Source: Gammaproteobacteria bacterium (GTDB lineage Bacteria; Pseudomonadota; Gammaproteobacteria; Xanthomonadales; SZUA-36). From it: a DNA stretch of 64,000 nt. The notes under the pieces were generated by a model. That model ran no database searches, had not been told where the DNA came from, and worked only from the letters and a program-made list of their open reading frames with translations. Shown here piece by piece: positions 10,501 through 17,651 of this stretch. Each line of letters opens with the position of its first letter. Position 1 is the stretch's first letter. Position numbers and translations under genes: made by a program. The DNA is taken from NCBI GenBank assembly GCA_030428105.1, contig JAUIBE010000005.1, positions 6,476-70,475 on the forward strand, written 5' to 3'.

Positions 10501-13198
10501 TGATTCCATCAGCGTCCGTATGAGAATCCAGGTTGCCCTGTGCATCGTAGGAATAGCTCCAGGTGTTGCCCTCGGGGTCGATGATGTCGGTGATCCGGTC
10601 TGCACCGTCTCGAACGTAAGTCAGCCGCATTCCGCTCGAGTGTTCCACGCCGTCCGGGTTAAAGCTCAGGGTATTGCCGTTGAGGTCTTCGGCAGCCAGT
10701 AAGCCCTTATCTTCATGGATGGTGTAACGAATGCCTTCGCGTGAAACAAGTATGTATTGCTCCGGGTTGTAAGGCAGTGCAATGGGGAACAGGAAGGCTT
10801 CTCCGTCTGCACGGATGGTAATGAAAGGCGCGTCACCCTGGGGTACTTCGAGACGATAATAGGTGCCCGGGTCCGGTGTGAAGACCACGCGGTAGGGTTG
10901 GCCCAATGGGCTTGGGGGCCCCAGCTCCGGGTTGAAAGTGAAGCCGAGCCGCTCGCCGGTTGGCGCGTTCACGTATACACGTGTGCCGACGCGAAGCGGG
11001 GTGGCGCCGAACAAACCCAACACGCCGGTATCGGGTACTGTCTCGCGTAGATCCGGGTCCTGCATGCCAAGCGACCAGCCGAACCCGAAATCACCGCTCT
11101 TGTTCGCTTCAATCGAGTCGTAGATTCGCTCCAGCCGTAACGGAAACCCAGCGAGGTTAATCGCGATATCCTCGAACACCACCCGGTTTCGGCCGAGTTT
11201 TTTCTCCCCGGTCACTTCCAGCAGCAGCGGCTCAACCCAACCCATGCCGATCGTGTTTCGCGCCATGACGCGGACAACGTAGCGGCCGTTGCGCAGCATG
11301 GTCGCATCGAAGCTGGCGAGCACTGCCTCGACATCGACGGTGTCGCTTCCCTGGCCGATACGCCGCCAGTTGGCGTTATCTGCGCCCAGGTTATTGAGGT
11401 TTATTTCTGCAGCCGGTGCGACATCGACAAACCAATCAAGTAGCGGCTGTACCGACATGATGGACCCGAGAATATCCACTGCCACGGAAACATGATCATC
11501 ATTGCTGGGTGAGCTGATGGATATCTGTGGCCTCAGGTCTGCTTCCGAAACATTTCTGGCGATGACCTGGCCAAAGTGTGCCGGTGGACCGGTGGCACCC
11601 TGGGCAGTCAGGCGCAGGAAGTAGATGCCGTCTGCCAGCGTTGACATTGGTGCCGTGCCGATTACTTCGGAAAACACGTTACCCGAGCCGGCCGCCAACT
11701 GCTGATAGTCGGGGTCGTCTACTTCCAGTGCGTAAGGATCAATATCCGCCACTGGTGCGATTTCCAGTTGCCATGTGACTGGTGTCGGGGGTCCGAGGAC
11801 TGACGCGGTGATGGGCAGGTCGTCACTGCTTACAGTGCCCGGCGCCGGGGTGACGATTTTCACCGCAGGCGCGCCTTCGCCAGCGTTGGAAGAGCCGGTT
11901 GAATTCGGCGAAAAGGGGTCACTACCATCGGCATTAAGCACATAGAGCACGGCATCGCGCTGCACCGACTGTCCCGCCGAATCGATGGCCTCGGCTTCGA
12001 TGAGCAATTCACCGGCCATGGTCGTGGGCACCACGGCACTGAGCCCGCTGTCCAGCGGTACCAGCGCACCGTTCACTTGCAGTGTCGTGGTGGCAATGGC
12101 CACATCGTCGGTTGCCGTCAGTTGCACCGTCACTGACTCTCCGGCGAGCACTTCCGGGGTTTCCGGGTCGTTGTCGGTTACGCCCAGGGCGAGGCTTGGC
12201 GGTAGATCCTGTGAGTAGCGGCCGAAATCACGATCCTCGAAGATGAGCTCTGTTTGGGTGATATTGACCACATGGGTACCCGGAGCCGGAGCAGCGATGC
12301 TAAGCGCTTCAAGTCCGGCCACCTCAGCCCCAGCCCACGCGCCGCCATTGCCCACTGCAACCAGGGTGACGTAATGCACGGGACCCTGGTATGCAATGTC
12401 CGATAGGTCCAGATACACACCAGTGATCTCTTCGGCGTAGATACCCATGGATACCTGGGTAAATTCCGTTGGACCAACCAGTACCTCAAAGGCCTCATCG
12501 GTTTGTGCATCCAGGGTGTGAATGAGCAGATCGGGCCCGGGGCCGTCAAAGACCACCTCGTCGAAGCGAACTGTCAGGCGTGCAGTGTCCGGCATCGTCA
12601 GAACTTCGACGCCGCGAGTCACGCGACCCGCGGTCAATTTATTGCGCACCCCGATTGGCTGGAGAACCAGGTCAACGCTGTCGATAGGTTCCGGCAGGGG
12701 ACGAGTGGAGATCTGTGGCCAATCGGGCGGAAAGGGCCAGGCGAGCTTGCCGTAGGGCACATCAAAATCGCCTGTCCCGGCGGGAGCGTGAACGTAATCC
12801 ACAACCTCGTCGGGCAGGCCGTCGGTCACGGGCGTAATACCGCCTTCGGGAAAGGTCTGCACGGCTGGGGGCGTCAAGGCCTGCCTCACGTGGTAAAGAC
12901 CTTGCGGCAAGTTCAAGAACTGATAAAAGCCGTCGGCGGCGGATTCGGTAACCCAGTCGTCGTCATCCAGGATGCCGTTGAAGTTCAAATCCAGGTAAAT
13001 CTGCACCCCGGAGCGCGGATCTTCCCCGCTGAGGTCTCCGTCGTGGTCCGAGTCGAAGTAGACGTGGCCGGAAATGGTCCCGGGATTGGCCAGACCTTCA
13101 AAGCCATGACGAAATACCACATCGCCACCCGAGGCAGCGAAGGCGGGTAACGCCGGTAACAGGAGGATCAACGCCAGGGCTAGCCTGGCATTCATCAT
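7529..13198 (-). CDS. secreted RHS/YD-repeat protein (~1890 aa) with an N-terminal SdrD-B/CnaB-like domain and a 140-aa C-terminal domain after the DPxGE core boundary
   Basis: Signal peptide MMNARLALALILLLPALPAFAASG (the track ORF starts 54 nt upstream at 13252). FDSDHDGDLSGEDP... is a B-type calcium-binding fold. Dozens of YD repeats are present (YDALGNLTRF, YTYDSIGNRL, YDPAGNVVE...). The canonical RHS core end is ...RFYDSAHGRFTQEDPLGFRGRDYNLYRYALNNPTRVTDPTGE, followed by a 140-aa tail. Confidence 0.9.
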   Translation of the reverse strand: MMNARLALALILLLPALPAFAASGGDVVFRHGFEGLANPGTISGHVYFDSDHDGDLSGEDPRSGVQIYLDLNFNGILDDDDWVTESAADGFYQFLNLPQGLYHVRQALTPPAVQTFPEGGITPVTDGLPDEVVDYVHAPAGTGDFDVPYGKLAWPFPPDWPQISTRPLPEPIDSVDLVLQPIGVRNKLTAGRVTRGVEVLTMPDTARLTVRFDEVVFDGPGPDLLIHTLDAQTDEAFEVLVGPTEFTQVSMGIYAEEITGVYLDLSDIAYQGPVHYVTLVAVGNGGAWAGAEVAGLEALSIAAPAPGTHVVNITQTELIFEDRDFGRYSQDLPPSLALGVTDNDPETPEVLAGESVTVQLTATDDVAIATTTLQVNGALVPLDSGLSAVVPTTMAGELLIEAEAIDSAGQSVQRDAVLYVLNADGSDPFSPNSTGSSNAGEGAPAVKIVTPAPGTVSSDDLPITASVLGPPTPVTWQLEIAPVADIDPYALEVDDPDYQQLAAGSGNVFSEVIGTAPMSTLADGIYFLRLTAQGATGPPAHFGQVIARNVSEADLRPQISISSPSNDDHVSVAVDILGSIMSVQPLLDWFVDVAPAAEINLNNLGADNANWRRIGQGSDTVDVEAVLASFDATMLRNGRYVVRVMARNTIGMGWVEPLLLEVTGEKKLGRNRVVFEDIAINLAGFPLRLERIYDSIEANKSGDFGFGWSLGMQDPDLRETVPDTGVLGLFGATPLRVGTRVYVNAPTGERLGFTFNPELGPPSPLGQPYRVVFTPDPGTYYRLEVPQGDAPFITIRADGEAFLFPIALPYNPEQYILVSREGIRYTIHEDKGLLAAEDLNGNTLSFNPDGVEHSSGMRLTYVRDGADRITDIIDPEGNTWSYSYDAQGNLDSHTDADGITETYSYHASPVHFLDTITDPQGRSFRSYEYDPVTGRLIAVIDENGNRRESLVDTAAFDGVTMDARGNTTYSQFDARGNIVFEEDPLGNTMTFEYADPANPDLRTRVTDQLGESWIYEYNNLGLPTRLSTPLASGLSQQRFDMEYDALGNLTRFEDNDGNVSVYTYDSIGNRLSEVPFDGLEFTFEYGPEGRLSRRRLGDDFVVEYGYDAFGFVNHQSNSYGYESNMTNSASGRMIQRDDDNGNLSVSFSPHGLVNTQTDDDGNTATLTRNSDESLTRTDRNGNVSQVDFDADGRPVSLGLPEGGNVATQFDADGNPASITDPLGYGRTYAFDALNRPGSFTDSRGNARSATYDPAGNVVETIDRNGKRRTFEWDANRRMTRELWHDGGGAVVREIVFTYSAATGLQQIDDSDMTAGETYTLVYSGALPRPSRVTYVLPGQEDWQIRYTWNNEIHTPADIRVNLGASTRARIQVQPYAGQVWGLRWLHPGSSGVDNSVELRRTSTGRLERVQRETGANGGNAVAVTHFSYDNLGRVAQIRHEDDGGALLHGNGDLGYSWDPEGRLLSEVNAGNTASYSYDGNGQILSAMHSDPAYPDESYTYDLGGNRLTSHTAPGAATFAAANELTASGDFTFDYDDAGNLVRRTDTVTGSVIELAYDHRNRLIRASTHASLGAPADDLLEFGYDYQNRLLFRIVNGVRTWVLHDHQQPVAEFSEGANVLSASYLYDPAKLDAVYAAWRDDALGERWYLHDQLGSVRGVTDAAFVVQAWLDYDSYGNLQPGSMLPAGETLGFAARPWVPELGLYDNRRRFYDSAHGRFTQEDPLGFRGRDYNLYRYALNNPTRVTDPTGETAAIDEAVFFEAVMTVSSTIAGALNNEVGLPCHVAHWSALTFGWFGSVAELVGDPVNAPLTIEREDLLSLTGCNSIEPRTRRRAPAGLDLGPWAEGGEPLGVASENLRAGAGNGSTDRSSGRPSVLTGGIVIFLETDDEP

Positions 13199-13387
13199 TC
13201 CTTTTACTGGACATCGGGTTGAGGCAGTGCGCGAAAATGCAATCATGTTCAAAACTCATCCTGACTACATAACCATCGCGCAAACCGAAGGCAAGTTCGG
13301 ACACTCATCTTGCAAGCACGCGCAAGGCCTTGGAAAATAAGGGCTAGTCGAGTCACCCGAGCAATCAAGGCAGCAGAGTTGCGGTTT

Positions 13388-13978
13388 ATGGACGGATCCG
13401 GGCAGAGCATCACGCAATGGCTAAGGGAGCTTCCGGCTCGCCAGGAGGGTGCGTGGGAGGAGCTTGCACCCGCCCTCTATACAGAACTTCGCCTGCTGGC
13501 TCACGCCCGATTGCGACATGAGCGACCCGGCCACACCTTGTCCACGACCGGGCTGGTTCACGAGGCTTACCTGAAGCTTAGCCAGCAGCTAAATCTCGAC
13601 GTTAACAGCCGCGCCGAGTTTTTTGCTTTCGCCAGCGAATGCATGCGCCGCGTACTGGTCGACTATGCACGGGCTCGCCAGGCGGTAAAACGCGGTGGTG
13701 GCGCAGTGCCAGCAACGTTCGACGACGCCATTCTGATTACCGATGCACAGGCCAAAGAAGTGACAGAAATTGATTTGGCACTCAACAAGCTGGAACAGCG
13801 ACTGCCACGCTGCGCACTGGTCCTGCAATGCCGGCTGTTTGGCGGCTTGACGCTTGATGAGACCGCGAGCGCGCTGGCTGTTTCTGCGAAGACGGTTCAG
13901 CGTGACTGGACCGCGGCAATTGCCTGGCTGAGAAGTGAAGTCGGTCCGGAACAGACATCGTTCGAAGTTGACCTTTGA
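13388..13978 (+). CDS. ECF-type sigma-70 family factor (kinase-associated ECF class)
   Basis: ...WEELAPALYTELRLLAHARLRHERPGHTLSTTGLVHEAYLKL... is the sigma-2 region of ECF sigma factors that lack anti-sigma partners and pair with Ser/Thr kinases. C-terminal sigma-4 HTH: ...GGLTLDETASALAVSAKTVQRDW.... Start chosen at the internal ATG (MDGSGQ); the track ORF begins at 13310. Its stop overlaps the kinase start (ATGA). Confidence 0.8.
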   Translation: MDGSGQSITQWLRELPARQEGAWEELAPALYTELRLLAHARLRHERPGHTLSTTGLVHEAYLKLSQQLNLDVNSRAEFFAFASECMRRVLVDYARARQAVKRGGGAVPATFDDAILITDAQAKEVTEIDLALNKLEQRLPRCALVLQCRLFGGLTLDETASALAVSAKTVQRDWTAAIAWLRSEVGPEQTSFEVDL

Positions 13979-16446
13979 TGACCCGGGCCGATTGGCATGA
14001 TTTGCTCCCCTTGTTCGAGAACATTGCATCCAGGCCTGCAAGCGAACATTCCGCCCTGGTTGACCGGGCAGTCTCCGAGCATGGACTGAACGCCGACCAG
14101 AAGCAGATGCTTTGCGACATGCTGCGCGGGCTTCGGGCCGACCCCCTGCACCTGGAGGAATCCCTGCGGCCAGAAGACACGCTGCCGGAGCGATTCGGCC
14201 CGTATCGCGTACTGGAGCAAATCGGCAAGGGTGGCATGGGGGAGGTATTCCTTGCCGAACGCGATGATGGTGCGTTTGAGCGCCGCGTGGCGATCAAGAC
14301 AATTACAACTCGAGTCGTACCGACGAGTTGGGCCGATCGCTTTCACCGCGAGCAGGCCATTCTTGGCAAGTTGCAGCACGTTGGCATCGCGCGAATGCTC
14401 GACGCTGGTGTCAGCGATGAGGGCATTCCTTACCTGGTTCTGGAATATGTCGATGGGCAGAGCATCCTGGAATTCGCCAGCCGGAATCAGCTTTCGACTC
14501 GCCAACGGGTTGAGCTGATCATCCAGGTTTGCGATGCATTGGCGTTTGCCCACAACCGGCTGGTTCTACATCGCGACATCAAGCCGGCCAATCTCCTGGT
14601 GGGTGCGGATTCACAAGTGCGGCTGCTGGACTTTGGAATCGCCAAGTTGCTTGATGATGACGAACCAGGGCAACGCTTCCAGACTCAGACCGGAGAGCGC
14701 CTGCTGACGCCCCGCTATGCCAGCCCTGAGCAAAATCGTAGTGATGCGCTGAGTGTGGCCAGCGATGTCTATTCGGTGGGCGTGGTGCTCTACGAGTTGC
14801 TTACCGGAAAGACGCCGTTTGCAGAAGTGTCCGACTATGAACTCGCCGGCGCCCAACACAACCAGAGCCCAAAGGCGCCAACCCGAACAGTTGCGGGAAG
14901 CCTGGTGCCGGCTGACCTGCAGGCAATCTGTCTCAAGTCCCTGGAAGTCAATGTAGCGGATCGCTACCCCACCGCGGCAGATCTTGGCGAGGATTTGCGG
15001 CGCTTTATGGGTCACCGCACGATTTCGGCCAGGAAGCCTGGCCTTGTTGAGCGCGCCAAGCGCCTTCGGCAGCGACATCCGGTGGCGTTTCCCCTATCTG
15101 CCCTGGCCGGCCTGATCATTGTCGTGGCGGTTGCAACCAGTGTCTGGCAAGCCAACGAAGCCGCGCTGCAGAGAGACCAGGCAGAGGCTGAGCGGGACAG
15201 GGCGGAAGAAGTTTCCCGCCTGTTGATTGACCTCTTTGACTCGGATCCATTTGCGGAAACCGAAGAACGCCGCGACGACCTTACCCTGCGAGAATTCCTG
15301 GTCAGTCGTGCGGACCAAATCGATGCCTCCATGGGCGATCATCCCCAGTTGCAGGCCACGATTTCCGAGCTGTTTGCCAGCATGCTGACCAACCTGGCCT
15401 TGCTTGACGAGGCCAATCCGCACGCCGAAAAAGCACTGGCGCTTAACCGCCTGTTGCATGGTGACGGCCCGAACGAAGACCTCGCCAAGAGCCTCAATAC
15501 ACTGGGAACACTTCGTCAGCACCAGGGCCGCTTTGACGAAGCTGAAGCAGCTTTTCGCGCGGCGCTTGCAATGAGGGAGCAACTTTACGAATACGACCAT
15601 CCGCTGGTCGCCACCAGCGTGAACAATCTGAGCGCGCTGCTTCACTATTGGGGCAAGCCAGACACCCTGGACGAGGCATTCCAGCTCGACGAGCGGGCGC
15701 TGCAGGTCAACATCAAGCGCTTTGGAGCCAGGTCCCTTCAGGCCGCGCAGAATTACAACAACCTGGCGGCCTCGCTGCATGCGAGGGGAGAGTCGGAAGA
15801 CCTCGTTCGCGCTGCGGACTTGATGAGTGAAGCACTTGATATTCGCCGTCAGCTCCTGGGAGAGCGGCACCCCAACACCATCAACGCCATATCCAACCTG
15901 GCCAATATCAAGTACGACTCCGGAAATTTGGGAGAAGCTGACCGCCTGTTTCGCCAGGCCCTTGAGTACACCCGCGCGGCCATGGGGGATGAACACACGC
16001 GAGTTGCGGATGTGCTTTATGGGCATGCGCCACTGCTGGTTGACCTCGGCAAACTGGACGAGGCCATACAATCCCTCACCGAAGCGTTGGCCATCTACAA
16101 CCAGGCGTTGCCTGCAGGTCATCCATACCAGGCGGATACAGCAGTTGCCCTGGGCCGGGCTTTGGTTGCTGCGGGCTCACTCGAGCAAGCAGTGCCACAT
16201 TTCGAGCGCGCTGCTGGCATTCTTGAGCCCCGGCCCGAATTTATCGCTGACTGGTTCGAGGCGCGCTACTTGCTGGCCTCAACGCTGGAATCGGCCGGGG
16301 CGCACCAGCGCGCTATGCAGGTGGCCGCAGCGCTGTTAGATGAGCCAGGGGCATCCCAGCACCTGTCACAGGAACAGGTGGATCAGCTGGCCAGCGCACT
16401 TGATCTTCAGTTTCAGAAGATCAATGAATCTACCCCCGAAAATTGA
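13975..16446 (+). CDS. membrane Ser/Thr protein kinase with C-terminal TPR repeats
   Basis: Hanks kinase motifs: GKGGMGEVFLAE (P-loop), AIK, HRDIKPANLL (catalytic loop), DFGIAKL. A TM segment (AFPLSALAGLIIVVAVATSVW) is followed by ~400 aa of TPR-like repeats (NLAASLHARGESEDL..., NLANIKYDSGNLGEA...). Confidence 0.88.
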   Translation: MMTRADWHDLLPLFENIASRPASEHSALVDRAVSEHGLNADQKQMLCDMLRGLRADPLHLEESLRPEDTLPERFGPYRVLEQIGKGGMGEVFLAERDDGAFERRVAIKTITTRVVPTSWADRFHREQAILGKLQHVGIARMLDAGVSDEGIPYLVLEYVDGQSILEFASRNQLSTRQRVELIIQVCDALAFAHNRLVLHRDIKPANLLVGADSQVRLLDFGIAKLLDDDEPGQRFQTQTGERLLTPRYASPEQNRSDALSVASDVYSVGVVLYELLTGKTPFAEVSDYELAGAQHNQSPKAPTRTVAGSLVPADLQAICLKSLEVNVADRYPTAADLGEDLRRFMGHRTISARKPGLVERAKRLRQRHPVAFPLSALAGLIIVVAVATSVWQANEAALQRDQAEAERDRAEEVSRLLIDLFDSDPFAETEERRDDLTLREFLVSRADQIDASMGDHPQLQATISELFASMLTNLALLDEANPHAEKALALNRLLHGDGPNEDLAKSLNTLGTLRQHQGRFDEAEAAFRAALAMREQLYEYDHPLVATSVNNLSALLHYWGKPDTLDEAFQLDERALQVNIKRFGARSLQAAQNYNNLAASLHARGESEDLVRAADLMSEALDIRRQLLGERHPNTINAISNLANIKYDSGNLGEADRLFRQALEYTRAAMGDEHTRVADVLYGHAPLLVDLGKLDEAIQSLTEALAIYNQALPAGHPYQADTAVALGRALVAAGSLEQAVPHFERAAGILEPRPEFIADWFEARYLLASTLESAGAHQRAMQVAAALLDEPGASQHLSQEQVDQLASALDLQFQKINESTPEN

Positions 16447-16462
16447 ATACAAGGAACGAGCA

Positions 16463-17476
16463 ATGAACCCGGAAAACTCCCCCCAGAAAAATCTCGTGTC
16501 GAGGCGCTCACTGATCATCGGCGCTGCAGCGGCGTCAATCGCGGCTGGCAACGCAACGGTGAGAGCCGCGCCGGCCAACGGCCCGGTCATCGTCACGAGC
16601 TGGGAATTCGGGCCGGGCGCCAACGACCAGGGGTGGCCAATCCTCGCGGATGGTGGATTGGCCATCGATGCGGTGGAAAAGGCCATCAACTACGTGGAAT
16701 TGCTGCCCGATGAATTCTGGGTGGGCTACGGCGGTGTCTACAACGAGGTGGGAGAAACCACGCTGGATGCCATGATGATGTGGGGCCCGACCCATGATGT
16801 GGGTGCCGTCGGCTGTCTCAAGCGGGTCAAGCGCGCTGTCTCCGTGGCGCGCAAGGTGATGGAGGAAACCCAGCACACCCTGATCGTTGGCGATGATGCG
16901 ACTCGGTTTGCGGCTCGAATGGGTTTCCAGGAAACCTCGCTGAGCAATGAAACCTCGATCAAGGCATGGGAAGAGTGGCAAGCGAAGAACGAACCGTCGG
17001 ACGCCTGGGATCCGGAGCCCATCGGTGGCGGCGAGAAGCCGGACGGTCATGACACGGTAGGCACCATGGTCGTCGATGTTCACGGCAATGTGTGTGTCGG
17101 TTGCTCGACCAACGGCAGGTTGCACAAGATTCCGGGTAGGGTGGGCGATTCACCGATCGCGGGCGCTGGCGCTTATTGCGACAACGATGTGGGCGCTGCA
17201 ATCGCAACCGGGAACGGAGATGTCATGATGCGGTTTCTGCCGACCTATCACACCGTCGAGTTGATGCGCGCCGGCGCTTCGCCCGAGGAGGCCGCAAGGG
17301 CGGCCATCGACCGAATCCTGGCCAAGGGTTACCACTTTGACGGCGGAATCATTGCGCTCGCGAAAGACGGGCGCCACGGCGCGGCCAAGGCTGGCTGGGC
17401 AGACGAGAATTTCGGCTATGCCGTACGCAACCAGGCCGGTTCCGAATACATTCCAGTTGGCGCCAACGGAACCTGA
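16463..17476 (+). CDS. Tat-exported Ntn-hydrolase asparaginase (isoaspartyl peptidase / glycosylasparaginase family)
   Basis: RRSLIIGAAAASIAAG is a twin-arginine signal. ...GGEKPDGHDTVGTMVVD... carries the autoproteolytic D|T nucleophile site typical of plant-type asparaginase/IaaA. Only 16 nt downstream of the kinase stop. Confidence 0.8.
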   Translation: MNPENSPQKNLVSRRSLIIGAAAASIAAGNATVRAAPANGPVIVTSWEFGPGANDQGWPILADGGLAIDAVEKAINYVELLPDEFWVGYGGVYNEVGETTLDAMMMWGPTHDVGAVGCLKRVKRAVSVARKVMEETQHTLIVGDDATRFAARMGFQETSLSNETSIKAWEEWQAKNEPSDAWDPEPIGGGEKPDGHDTVGTMVVDVHGNVCVGCSTNGRLHKIPGRVGDSPIAGAGAYCDNDVGAAIATGNGDVMMRFLPTYHTVELMRAGASPEEAARAAIDRILAKGYHFDGGIIALAKDGRHGAAKAGWADENFGYAVRNQAGSEYIPVGANGT

Positions 17477-17651
17477 TCAAGGAAAGGGAAGGTTTCCTCA
17501 AAGTGAAGCGTGCAACAGTTTCCCGGGTTTGAGCGCTGTCGTATTCAGTAAACTGTCCCCGGAATACGAATTCAGTTTTTTTCACTTTTCAGCCAAGGAA
17601 GTTTTTCGCCCGCGCTGATACATTCCCACCTATTCGCATGGCAGCCAGGGA

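Noticed and set aside
15094-16122. 342-aa minus-strand ORF inside the Ser/Thr kinase gene
   Set aside because: Antisense to the kinase TPR region and shows no motifs; a GC-skewed artefact.
17477-17651. Possible ECF-type promoter (GCAAC ... CGTC) upstream of the CSLREA protein gene
   Set aside because: The spacing between the candidate -35 and -10 elements is ~23 nt, too long for ECF promoters. No convincing match.
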